64,000 nucleotides of DNA from a virus: the IMG/VR virus record IMGVR_UViG_3300037307_000190; one strand, given 5' to 3'. This document shows, piece by piece, positions 43,624 to 52,028 of this stretch. The notes beneath the pieces are model-generated. The model did no database searches. It was not told the origin of the DNA and saw only the letters and a program-made list of their open reading frames with translations. A program made the position numbers and the translations under genes. Numbering within the stretch: the first letter of the stretch is position 1; each line of letters starts with the position of its first letter.

Positions 43624-43820
43624 GCCGTGCTTTCCGTGCGGTGAGGCCGCATGTGGTTGTAGTCATCCGCCCACTGGCGCGCGCCCGCTTCGTCGCTGGC
43701 GTAGAACGATCGACCATCGGAATCGATCGCAACCCACGCACAGCATTCCTCGCTGTAGAACCGATCCGCCGGCTGCGACGGCCTGACCTCGACTACGTGT
43801 GCCCGTCTTCTGCTTTGCAT
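43620..43820 (-). CDS. hypothetical protein (66 aa)
   Basis: AGGAGACGACG upstream. Track ORF. Confidence 0.5.
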   Translation of the reverse strand: MQSRRRAHVVEVRPSQPADRFYSEECCAWVAIDSDGRSFYASDEAGARQWADDYNHMRPHRTESTA

Positions 43821-43833
43821 CGTCGTCTCCTAT

Positions 43834-44013
43834 TCAGATCGTTGAGCCTGCGTCGTGCAGCTTGCGCTGCCGGCCGTTGGGCAGTGAGTGATTCGACACC
43901 AACCGACCCCCGAGGAATCCGACAGGGATCGACGGGTAGTCCTCGTCGCCGTGCCGCATGAACGGCGCCAAGTTGAGCGTTGCGCGCTCGAATGGTTTCA
44001 GGTTCCCGTTCAT
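43834..44013 (-). CDS. hypothetical protein (59 aa)
   Basis: Hand translation gives MNGNLKPFERATLNLAPFMRHGDEDYPSIPVGFLGGRLVSNHSLPNGRQRKLHDAGSTI. GAGGGGCACGT upstream. Confidence 0.5.
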   Translation of the reverse strand: MNGNLKPFERATLNLAPFMRHGDEDYPSIPVGFLGGRLVSNHSLPNGRQRKLHDAGSTI

Positions 44014-44022
44014 ACGTGCCCC

Positions 44023-44463
44023 TCATTTCACATCGATGCCCAGCCGCACCGCGTGCGCGATCCGCACGCATGCGGCCACGTCGCCAGACCCGGCCAGTAA
44101 GTGAGCGGGCATGCCGGCGGCCTTCATCGTTGCCTTGAGTTCATGTGATGGCCGAACCCAGACCGGCGCACCGTCCGCCCCCATGAAACAGGCCGTGTAG
44201 AGCCAGCCTCGCGCCTTGCGATGATGCAGTGCTTCGCCTTCGATCAGAACATCCCCGGGGAACAGTTCCTCGTCTCCGTGGCGCAGGTACGGCCCAGGCA
44301 CATCGTTTGCACCGTTGACTGCAGACGGTGCAGGCAACGGGCAGCCGGCGCGCAGCACCTTGGCCCAGTACCGGCACCGCTTGTCGCTCGGGCCGATTTC
44401 GACAGACGCCGACGCCATTGCTGTGGCGGTGGCGGATTGGATCAGATCAGATACAGTGTTCAT
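44023..44463 (-). CDS. hypothetical protein (146 aa)
   Basis: Track ORF. GGAGAGACCAC upstream. Good GC3. Confidence 0.6.
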   Translation of the reverse strand: MNTVSDLIQSATATAMASASVEIGPSDKRCRYWAKVLRAGCPLPAPSAVNGANDVPGPYLRHGDEELFPGDVLIEGEALHHRKARGWLYTACFMGADGAPVWVRPSHELKATMKAAGMPAHLLAGSGDVAACVRIAHAVRLGIDVK

Positions 44464-44550
44464 GTGGTCTCTCCGGTTGTGTTGGCGGCCCCTTATTGGG
44501 GCCAGTCGGCGTGATAACCGGGGCCTGGCCCCGGCTGCACAAGCTTCGGC

Positions 44551-44865
44551 TTACGGGGTGTTCGCCCGCATGGAGGTCTCGACCTTGCGCAGCATGTCGC
44601 CGATGGTGATGCCGGCGGAAATCACCATCGGGTTTCGTGCCTGCGTTAGCATCGCGGCGGCCATTTCCTTCGCTTGGGCGTGCCATTGCATGTGCTCGGC
44701 CCGGCGCGTCTCCTTGATCTCTTCCGTTTCTTTGCTGATGACGTCCAACAGATCGGCCATCGCCTTTTCGTGCGCGGCCAGTCGTTCGCAGGCCGTAATC
44801 AGGGCGATCAGTCCATCCAAGGTCAAACCAAGCATGCAGCGTGGTCCGTCAGCTTTCTGGTCCAT
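44551..44865 (-). CDS. hypothetical helical protein (104 aa)
   Basis: M7 of the track ORF, with AAGGAG 8 nt upstream. Two GC hairpins lie downstream. Confidence 0.55.
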   Translation of the reverse strand: MDQKADGPRCMLGLTLDGLIALITACERLAAHEKAMADLLDVISKETEEIKETRRAEHMQWHAQAKEMAAAMLTQARNPMVISAGITIGDMLRKVETSMRANTP

Positions 44866-44910
44866 CTCATTTCTCCTTTGCATCGTCGCTTGAATCAGAC
44901 CCCGGACCCG

Positions 44911-44940
44911 ATGCTAACGCCGGGGGCTGCGTGGTGTCAA
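44911..44940 (-). promoter_or_regulatory. candidate internal leftward promoter (TTGACA-18 nt-TAGCAT)
   Basis: Complement of tgtcaa (44935-40) and atgcta (44911-16), with the spacer counted by hand. Confidence 0.35.
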
Positions 44941-44988
44941 GGCATCTTTACACCGTCGGCATGGTGCGACACTTTGCACCGTTGCCGG

Positions 44989-45396
44989 TTATTCATCGTC
45001 CAAATCTTCGAGCGTCGGGATCATCTGCGCCGCGAAAGTCGCGCGCCGGCGGATGTAGTGGCGCGCCACCTCTTCCGGGACGCCGTTAGCGGTCCAGCGC
45101 TCTATCAGTCCCTCATCGCTGGCGCCATCGCCGTTGGCCATGTCGGCGGCCATCATCAGACGGTGCCGCGCCGTGTCGCGGGTTTCGGGGCTCGCGTAAC
45201 GCCCGCGTTCCAGCTTGTCGACGATTGGCGCGAGATCGCCCCAAAGAGCGTCGATGTCGCACCCTGCATGCAGCATCATTATTCGGCTATCGGCGACCGC
45301 GCCGCGTTCGTAGAGGGCGGCTATCAGAGCATGCAGGACGCACGACTCGGGTGCATCGTGATCTAGCACGCCACACTTGCAGTTGGGACACTTCAT
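44989..45396 (-). CDS. hypothetical protein (135 aa) with an N-terminal CPNCKC motif
   Basis: Track ORF with good GC3. Confidence 0.6.
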   Translation of the reverse strand: MKCPNCKCGVLDHDAPESCVLHALIAALYERGAVADSRIMMLHAGCDIDALWGDLAPIVDKLERGRYASPETRDTARHRLMMAADMANGDGASDEGLIERWTANGVPEEVARHYIRRRATFAAQMIPTLEDLDDE

Positions 45397-45460
45397 CTCA
45401 TCATCTCCTTGAGCTGCATCATTGCAGCGTCAAGCGCCCCGGGGGGCGCTGGCCGCTACA

Positions 45461-45784
45461 TCAATGTGTCCCCCAGGTCGCGCCCCCGTCGTGACTGTGC
45501 ACGCCTGCGGCGATGACCCGTTCATCTACTTGGCGACCTGCCATCGTTTCGGCACGCATGAGGGCCCGCCGGCCTTCCGGGGTGTTACGCAACTTTCTGA
45601 ACGCGCAAAGGTCAGTCAGTCCCCCGCGTTGCTCGTCGGTCCACCCGCGCAGGGCAATTGAGCCGCGCGGCCCGACGACCATCGTCACACTGCCGGCGCC
45701 AATAGCCTGTTGCAGGCGCTTGAGCGCATCGGCCATTGCACGGCGTTGCAATTCGCTGAGGTTGGTTCTTGTATCGCATGGCAT
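45461..45784 (-). CDS. hypothetical protein (107 aa)
   Basis: M63 of the track ORF. GAGGAGATCACC upstream. Confidence 0.55.
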   Translation of the reverse strand: MPCDTRTNLSELQRRAMADALKRLQQAIGAGSVTMVVGPRGSIALRGWTDEQRGGLTDLCAFRKLRNTPEGRRALMRAETMAGRQVDERVIAAGVHSHDGGATWGTH

Positions 45785-45794
45785 GGTGATCTCC

Positions 45795-46586
45795 TCAGAA
45801 CTCAAGGGCCGACAGCGGCGCGGCGCCGAGGGTGTCGGTCGGGGTGGAATCGAACTCCACGGCGCGGCCGATAACGGGCACTGCGACGCCTTCGTGCGTT
45901 TCCCCAAGGATGTCGAGGACGGCAAAGCGCGCCGCGTCGAGCTGCGAAGTTTGCAGATCAGCGACGACATCGGCCGCGCGTTCGCCGGCTTTTTCCACCC
46001 GTTTCACGATCTCACGGGCCGCTGCGCGCGCCTGCTCGATAGCGGCGGAGACCTTCTTTTCAGCGTCGTCTGTCAGCATGCCGGCGAGCTGACGGGCATC
46101 GTTCGCGGCCTTGCGGATTGCCTGCGGATCGGCCGCTGCGATGCCGCGCTGCATGGCATCGATCATCGATCGGACCTCGGCGCCGATGGCCCTAGCGGCC
46201 TCCTGGTCGGTCGAGGCGATCCGCCCCGTGATTGCGTACACCTCCACGCGCGTTACCGTCGCGCTGCGGTTATGTGCATCGACGATCGCCCGCGCCTCGG
46301 TAATGGCATCGGCGAGTTTTTGTTCATCGTTGGCGGGACAGAGCAGCCAGGACGACGCCGCGCGGCAGACTCGGGTGATGGCCGACCTTGCGGCGTTGCG
46401 CGCGACGGTGGCGCGTTCGTGCTCTTCCGCGTCAGTGATCTCGCGACGGGTCTTCCATTCGGCAATGCGGGCGTCGCCCTCCTGGTGATCGGGATCGATG
46501 TCTTCGCGTTGATAACGCACGCCCCCGACGATGCGGGTTGAAAGAGCCACCAGCAGGCCCGGCTTTAGAAGTAGGGTCATCATCAT
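45795..46586 (-). CDS. hypothetical protein (263 aa), partner of the AAA+ ATPase
   Basis: Track ORF, immediately downstream of the ATPase gene. Ala/Arg/Glu-rich helical protein. Confidence 0.6.
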   Translation of the reverse strand: MMMTLLLKPGLLVALSTRIVGGVRYQREDIDPDHQEGDARIAEWKTRREITDAEEHERATVARNAARSAITRVCRAASSWLLCPANDEQKLADAITEARAIVDAHNRSATVTRVEVYAITGRIASTDQEAARAIGAEVRSMIDAMQRGIAAADPQAIRKAANDARQLAGMLTDDAEKKVSAAIEQARAAAREIVKRVEKAGERAADVVADLQTSQLDAARFAVLDILGETHEGVAVPVIGRAVEFDSTPTDTLGAAPLSALEF

Positions 46587-46643
46587 CCTTTCATCGGTGC
46601 GGATTGCACCCCCGAGGGCCCAGACGGGCCCAAGGGGCTACGA

Positions 46644-48191
46644 TCACAGGTCCAGGGTTCTGCGCTGTTCTGCCATGCTTTCCGGGGCGCTGGCTGGCCG
46701 TGCACGACCTTGTGCCCAGTCCTGCAGGGCCTTGATCTTCTCGGGCGCGGTGCGCGCCAGTGGCACGGTGGCGCTCGCGGCGTCGATCAGGTCGCCCGTC
46801 GAGATGTCGCGATCCTCCCCGAATGCCCGATACATCGCATCGGGCACCAGTGCCGCCAGCTCGGCCCCGGTGAACTCGGGGGTCTGCCGCGCGAGTGCAG
46901 CGACATCGACGCTCGAGGATGCGCGCCCGTATTGCTTGAGCGCGGCCTTGATGATCTCGCAGCGCTCGACCATCGTAGGCAGGCCGACGTAAAAGATTTC
47001 ATCGAATCGGCCTTTACGGAGTAGTTCGGGGGGTAACTTACTCACATCGTTTGCCGTGGCGACAACGAAGACGGCGCCGGCGCGCTCTTGCATCCACGAC
47101 AGGATGACCCCAAGGGAATCGGCGCTCACGCCACCGTCGGCGGCCCCCTGCGTTGCACCTGCCAAGGCTTTTTCGATCTCGTCGAGCCAGACAATGCAGG
47201 GGCTCACCGTTTCGGCCACCTTGAGGGCCTTGCGGATGTTCTGCTCGGATTCGCCGACGAACTTGGAACGCAGTGCCCCGAGGTCGAGTCTCAGCAGCGG
47301 CATGCCCCAGGCGGCGGCTACACACTTCGCGGTGAGACTCTTACCGCAACCCGGAACGCCCACCAGCAGCATGCCGCGCGGTGCTGGCAGGCCATAGGCC
47401 CGTGCCCGCGGGGTGAACGCGGCGCGACGCTGCGTGAGCCACGCCTTCAGCGGCTCGAGCCCGCCGACGGCGTCGAGCCCGGCAGGGTGCGGGTCAAACC
47501 ATTCAAGCACCCGCTCGCGGGAGATAACCCGCTTCTTCTCATTGGCCACGGTAGCGGGATCGATTTTGCGAAGCTGGATCAGTGAACGCGCGAAAGTAGC
47601 CTGCGCTTCGTCGCTGCTCAAGCCGACGGCCGCATCGATCGCGGCTTCCCTGGTGCCGTTCGGCGCGGCGCCCCCTTTAATTTCGTCGGGCAGGGAATCA
47701 ATCGCGGCGTCGAGCAGCGTGGCGATCTCGTCGCGGTCTGGTAGTGGCGCGTCGACGACGATCGCATGCCCCGAAAGTTCGGGGGGAACATCGGCCGACG
47801 GGGACAGGATCACGACGGCGCGCGCCTGATCCCGTGGGGTCGTCGGCAGGGCCCGCGCCAAGTTGCGCACGGCGCGCGTGATGGTCGGGTCTTTGATCCA
47901 CGCCGGCAGGTCGCGGAAGATCCAGACGGCGCGCGCGGTGTCGTCGCGCACCTTAGCCAGCGCTTGCCCGGGGTCGGTCTGGTATCCGTCGAGCACGCGC
48001 CCGCTGATCGGGTCCGTGATCCCGGCGGCGCAGTCCCAGGCGCGCAGCCCATAGCCCGCGCCCGTCGCGGCCTCGATGATGATGCGCTCGGCGCGCGCCT
48101 CCTCGCGGGAGACAACCCACAAGACGGGGTTGCGCGCGCGAAGGAGCGCGGACAGATCAGCGGCGCATCGGGCGCCTGCGGTGGTGGTCAT
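46644..48191 (-). CDS. AAA+ ATPase (515 aa) with an N-terminal domain of about 250 aa of unknown function
   Basis: M133 of the track ORF, with ATGA overlap to the upstream stop. Walker A GVPGCGKS, Walker B IVWLDEIE, and ATANDVSKLPPELLRKGRFD. Confidence 0.8.
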   Translation of the reverse strand: MTTTAGARCAADLSALLRARNPVLWVVSREEARAERIIIEAATGAGYGLRAWDCAAGITDPISGRVLDGYQTDPGQALAKVRDDTARAVWIFRDLPAWIKDPTITRAVRNLARALPTTPRDQARAVVILSPSADVPPELSGHAIVVDAPLPDRDEIATLLDAAIDSLPDEIKGGAAPNGTREAAIDAAVGLSSDEAQATFARSLIQLRKIDPATVANEKKRVISRERVLEWFDPHPAGLDAVGGLEPLKAWLTQRRAAFTPRARAYGLPAPRGMLLVGVPGCGKSLTAKCVAAAWGMPLLRLDLGALRSKFVGESEQNIRKALKVAETVSPCIVWLDEIEKALAGATQGAADGGVSADSLGVILSWMQERAGAVFVVATANDVSKLPPELLRKGRFDEIFYVGLPTMVERCEIIKAALKQYGRASSSVDVAALARQTPEFTGAELAALVPDAMYRAFGEDRDISTGDLIDAASATVPLARTAPEKIKALQDWAQGRARPASAPESMAEQRRTLDL

Positions 48192-48433
48192 CACTTCCCC
48201 CTTTCGGCCGGGCAGTGGGCGATCTGCTGGTGCTTGTCGCATTCGCCGTGTGCGTGGGTCGTGAGCGCCGCGACGGTCAGACCCATCAGCGCGGCGATGC
48301 GCAGCATGGTGAGCCGGCGCATGGCGTCGATGGCCGTGGCGGCTTGTGCCGTGCGCGGCTGCGCGCGGTTCAGTGCCGCGAGCTGTGTGCGGTGCGCCGC
48401 AATGGCGCTGCGAGTGGTGTAGTGCATTTTCAT
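48191..48433 (-). CDS. hypothetical protein (78-80 aa) with an internal hydrophobic segment
   Basis: Track ORF and first gene of the leftward island. Segment LTMLRIAALMGLTVAALTTHAHG. Confidence 0.45.
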   Translation of the reverse strand: MKMHYTTRSAIAAHRTQLAALNRAQPRTAQAATAIDAMRRLTMLRIAALMGLTVAALTTHAHGECDKHQQIAHCPAERGK

Positions 48434-48579
48434 CCTCGTGTGGGTTACGTCCTAGAATTGGCGTTCCGGTGCGCTGTCGCGCGCTGCGAGCGTATGACGC
48501 AAAAGGGCGCACGTCAAGGCTTCCGCGCGATTTTGCGTAATACCAACATAGGGACTTACCCGTGTGACGTAAAGGCAAC

Positions 48580-48903
48580 ATGGACACATTGACGCTTTAC
48601 CATGGCAGTGACTGCCTGCTGGAGGTGGAACACCTGCAGGACGACGCCACCGGCGAATCCCTCGATGCTGCTACCGTGTCCGTGACCCTGCGGGACTCCG
48701 CCGGCCACCCCGTGGGGGGTGAGACGTGGCCCCTGGCCTTGAGCTACGTCACCGGCACGCGCGGGGTGTATCGCTGCACGCTGGCGGACACCCTTGGGGT
48801 CGTGGCGGGGCAGCGGTACAAGGCAATCATCACCGCAGATGCGGGTCCGGGCCGCAAGGCTGAATGGACCGTTGACGTGATCTGCAAGCCGAGGCGCCGA
48901 TGA
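48580..48903 (+). CDS. hypothetical protein (107 aa)
   Basis: Track ORF and first gene of the rightward late block. Confidence 0.55.
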   Translation: MDTLTLYHGSDCLLEVEHLQDDATGESLDAATVSVTLRDSAGHPVGGETWPLALSYVTGTRGVYRCTLADTLGVVAGQRYKAIITADAGPGRKAEWTVDVICKPRRR

Positions 48904-49070
48904 CGACCCCCAAAGACCTTGCAAAGATGACCCTCAAGCAGCGCGCCGCGATCCTCGAATGGTGGGAAGAGCGCGCCGCGATCCTCGAATACGACGCCGG
49001 CCTACCCCGCGCCAAGGCCGAGCAGCTCGCCCGGCGGATGATCCTCGCAACGCTCAAGGTGGCCCAGTGA
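48900..49070 (+). CDS. small protein (56 aa) with a duplicated RAAILE(W/Y) motif
   Basis: Hand translation gives MTTPKDLAKMTLKQRAAILEWWEERAAILEYDAGLPRAKAEQLARRMILATLKVAQ. ATGA overlap upstream and GTGA overlap downstream. Confidence 0.55.
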   Translation: MTTPKDLAKMTLKQRAAILEWWEERAAILEYDAGLPRAKAEQLARRMILATLKVAQ

Positions 49071-49807
49071 GCGCGCAACCCTCAGACATCTCCCCAGGCC
49101 TGCCCGGTGGACGCGGGAAACCCCGGCGACGCCTCGTAGACTGGGATGCAATCGGCCCGCTGTACCGCGCCGGCCGGCGTACCCTCAAGGATCTAGCCGC
49201 GGAGTTCGGCATCACAGATGCCGCCATCGTTCAGCACGCCCGTAAGGTCGGATGGGTCCGCGACCTACCTGGTAAGGTCAAGGCGGAAACAGATAGGAAG
49301 TTAGCGGCTCAGTTAGTTAGCGCTGACGAACTAAGCGCCGCTAAGGCTGCCGGCCGTGCCGAAGTGCTGGAAAGCAGGACTGTCGAGGTAGAGGCGCAGC
49401 TACAGGCGCAGGCCATCATTGCCCACCGTGGCGACGTGCGGGCGCTGCGGGCGACGGTAGCGCGGCTGGCCGAGGAGCTGGAACAGCAGAGTGGGGCGCC
49501 GGGCCTGTTCTCGCGGCTGGCCGAGCTGGTGAGCGACGACGCCGGCAATGAACCCCCGACACGCAAGGCCGAACGCGCTGCGGCGTTCCAGCGCGCGCTA
49601 GGCCTGGGTGGCCGGGTTGCCATCGCCCGCCAGCTCGCTGACGCTACCCGCCAGCTCGTCCAGCTGGAGCGGCAGGTGCTAAACATCGGCGGTGAGTCGG
49701 AAGGCGGGGCATTCGAGGACTTCATGATGCGCATCCGCCGTCGGCTGGACTCACCGGCCGCGGACATCGTGGACGTGGACCCGGCGCCCCCTCGGGCCGA
49801 TGCATAA
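49067..49807 (+). CDS. terS: terminase small subunit candidate (246 aa)
   Basis: GTG start in a GTGA overlap. HTH-like RTLKDLAAEFGITDAAIVQHARKVGW, then a coiled coil. Lies upstream of terL. Confidence 0.6.
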   Translation: MSAQPSDISPGLPGGRGKPRRRLVDWDAIGPLYRAGRRTLKDLAAEFGITDAAIVQHARKVGWVRDLPGKVKAETDRKLAAQLVSADELSAAKAAGRAEVLESRTVEVEAQLQAQAIIAHRGDVRALRATVARLAEELEQQSGAPGLFSRLAELVSDDAGNEPPTRKAERAAAFQRALGLGGRVAIARQLADATRQLVQLERQVLNIGGESEGGAFEDFMMRIRRRLDSPAADIVDVDPAPPRADA

Positions 49808-49854
49808 GCCGATGCGAATGTCCCCCCATATAAATCAAGGACTTAGCGCAGCGT

Positions 49855-49885
49855 CACGGGCGGTCGATGGCAACGACCGCCCGTG
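49855..49885 (+). terminator. perfect 12-bp hairpin downstream of terS (no U-tract)
   Basis: CACGGGCGGTCG atggcaa CGACCGCCCGTG. Confidence 0.45.
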
Positions 49886-50219
49886 GGCCGATGCGCCATC
49901 CCAGGACGTGGGGCGCGCACGCGCCGCGCGCGCTGCTGGTTCGAGTCGATGCCGGCCGGCGCATCCACCGGCGGGTGGAGTGGGGCGTGCCCCGTGGGGT
50001 GTGGGGGTGGATGGTGGAGTGGGACCCCCGACCCCCACCCATGGTGCGCGGGGTTACCTCCTGCTCCACCGGCCTTGCCATCTGAAATGACCCCACTCCC
50101 GATGGACCGGAAAATCCCTACCACCACGTAGTACGCGATAGTCAATGTTCGATAGAAAATGTCAATGGGACCCCCAAGCGTGATGTAAAAATGCGGCGTG
50201 GAGTCCCAAAGGAGGGAGC

Positions 50220-50507
50220 ATGAACCTGCAGGTGCTGAGAAAGAACGACCTCGATGGTGGCTACACCATCTTCTTCAGTGGTCAGGTGAGTTCGAAGGAG
50301 ATCGAGGAACTGGATCTTCGTGCCCAGGACAAGCGCAGGGTGGCCGGGCTGACCGCGCACAGCGACAATCTGATCGGGTACTCGAAGAGGCTGGCGACGC
50401 TGTCCATGTTGTTCATGCGCTGCCACGAGAACGCGATGGACGCGGATGAAGCCATGCTGCGCGCCGTTGAGCTGATCGAGCGAGTGAGGCAAGATGGAGT
50501 ACGCTGA
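50220..50507 (+). CDS. hypothetical protein (95 aa) between terS and terL
   Basis: AAAGGAGGGAGC upstream. Its 3' end overlaps the terL start. Confidence 0.6.
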   Translation: MNLQVLRKNDLDGGYTIFFSGQVSSKEIEELDLRAQDKRRVAGLTAHSDNLIGYSKRLATLSMLFMRCHENAMDADEAMLRAVELIERVRQDGVR

Positions 50508-52020
50508 TCTGCTGGCCCGCATGGCCATGGACCTGGAGTTTCTGTGCGAGACGTCGTTGCAGATACGCGACAAGTCGGGTCGGGAAGTCCTGTTCAGGTG
50601 GAACGACGCCCAGAGGTACGTCCACGAGCGGCTGGAAACCCAGAAGCGACTCACCGGGAAGGTCAGGGCGATCATCCTGAAGGCCCGCCAGCAGGGGATG
50701 TCGACCTACATCTCCGCCCGGTACTACCAGAAGACCTCGACCGACTTCGGGAAGACCGCCGTCATCCTGACCCACGAGCAGCCGGCCACCGACAACCTGT
50801 TCTCGATGGTCAAGCGCTATTGGGAACTCAGTCCCGATAGGGTAAAGCCACGGGTCAGCACCGAGAACGCCAAGGAGCTTCACTTCGGTGGGATGAGGTC
50901 TGGGTACAAGGTCGCCACCGCAGGTGCCAGGGCTACGGGGCGATCGCAGACGGCCCAGTTCTTCCACGGTTCCGAGGTCGCCTTCTGGCCATCGGCCGGG
51001 GATCACTTGGCTGGTGTGGGTCAGGCCATCCCCGATCTTCCCGGGACCGAGGTGATCCTCGAATCCACCGCCAACGGTGTCGGCAATCCGTTCCATTCGA
51101 TGTGGGTGGCCGCCATCAGGGGAGAGTCCGACTTCATCCCGATCTTCATCCCGTGGTTCTGGGACAGCGGCTACCGCAAGACACCCCCCGAAAACTTCGA
51201 ACTCGACGCCGACGAGATCGAGTACATGAACGCCTACGGACTCTCCATCGAGCAGATGGCGTGGAGACGGGGCAAGATCGCCTCGGACTTCGCCGGGGAC
51301 AACGCCCTGTTCGATCAAGAGTACCCCGCCTCTGCAGACCTCGCCTTCATGCGTTCTGCGAAGAAGGCGCTGATCTCACCGGTGATGGTCGCCAAGGCAA
51401 AACGACCCAAGCCGATGTTCGACCGTGGCGTTCGTGTCATCGGGGTGGATCCCGCCGAGTACGGGGACGACGAATCGGCCGTCGTCTACCGCTGGGGAAG
51501 ACGTGTGGTGTGGGTCAAGCGGTACAAGAACATCGGCACGATGGAACTCGCGGGGCTGGTTGCCAGCTTTCTCGACGACATTCAACCGGACGCCTGCAAC
51601 GTCGACGTGACGGGCGTCGGAACCGGCGTGGCCGATCGACTGCTCGAGCTTCAGTACCAGCGGGTCCACCGGGTCCACTTTGGAGGAAAGCCCCACGACT
51701 CCGAGAAGTACCTCAACCGAAGGGCCGAAAGCTGGGGCCGCATGAAGGACTGGATTGCCGATGATCCTTGTCTACTCCCGGACGACGATGTGCTTGCTGC
51801 AGAACTGTCCTCGGTGCCCTACTCCTACGACTCGTCACGAAGGATGGTGCTGAAGTCCAAGGAGAAGATGAAGGCCGACGGGATCCCAAGCCCGGACTCG
51901 GCCGACGCGCTTGCATTGACGTTCTCCGAGAACGTCGCTCAACGTGAGCCAGACCCACCGACGTGGCGCGAGACGCGCTTCGCAACCCACAAGCGTCGTC
52001 GTTCAGCGATGGCGGCATAG
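50494..52020 (+). CDS. terL: terminase large subunit
   Basis: 508 aa. Walker A-like LKARQQGMST, plus ILESTANG and a C-terminal nuclease-type region with GVDPAEYGDDES. Lies directly upstream of the portal gene. Confidence 0.8.
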   Translation: MEYADLLARMAMDLEFLCETSLQIRDKSGREVLFRWNDAQRYVHERLETQKRLTGKVRAIILKARQQGMSTYISARYYQKTSTDFGKTAVILTHEQPATDNLFSMVKRYWELSPDRVKPRVSTENAKELHFGGMRSGYKVATAGARATGRSQTAQFFHGSEVAFWPSAGDHLAGVGQAIPDLPGTEVILESTANGVGNPFHSMWVAAIRGESDFIPIFIPWFWDSGYRKTPPENFELDADEIEYMNAYGLSIEQMAWRRGKIASDFAGDNALFDQEYPASADLAFMRSAKKALISPVMVAKAKRPKPMFDRGVRVIGVDPAEYGDDESAVVYRWGRRVVWVKRYKNIGTMELAGLVASFLDDIQPDACNVDVTGVGTGVADRLLELQYQRVHRVHFGGKPHDSEKYLNRRAESWGRMKDWIADDPCLLPDDDVLAAELSSVPYSYDSSRRMVLKSKEKMKADGIPSPDSADALALTFSENVAQREPDPPTWRETRFATHKRRRSAMAA

Positions 52021-52028
52021 GAGTTCGC

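Noticed and set aside
43620-43820. C-terminal ...WADDYNHMRPHRTE resembling the YN..RPH signature of DDE (rve) transposases, hinting at an IS remnant.
   Set aside because: This is a 66-aa ORF with its own SD, coupled to its neighbours. It has no inverted repeats and no DDE-domain remainder. The similarity is a short motif only.
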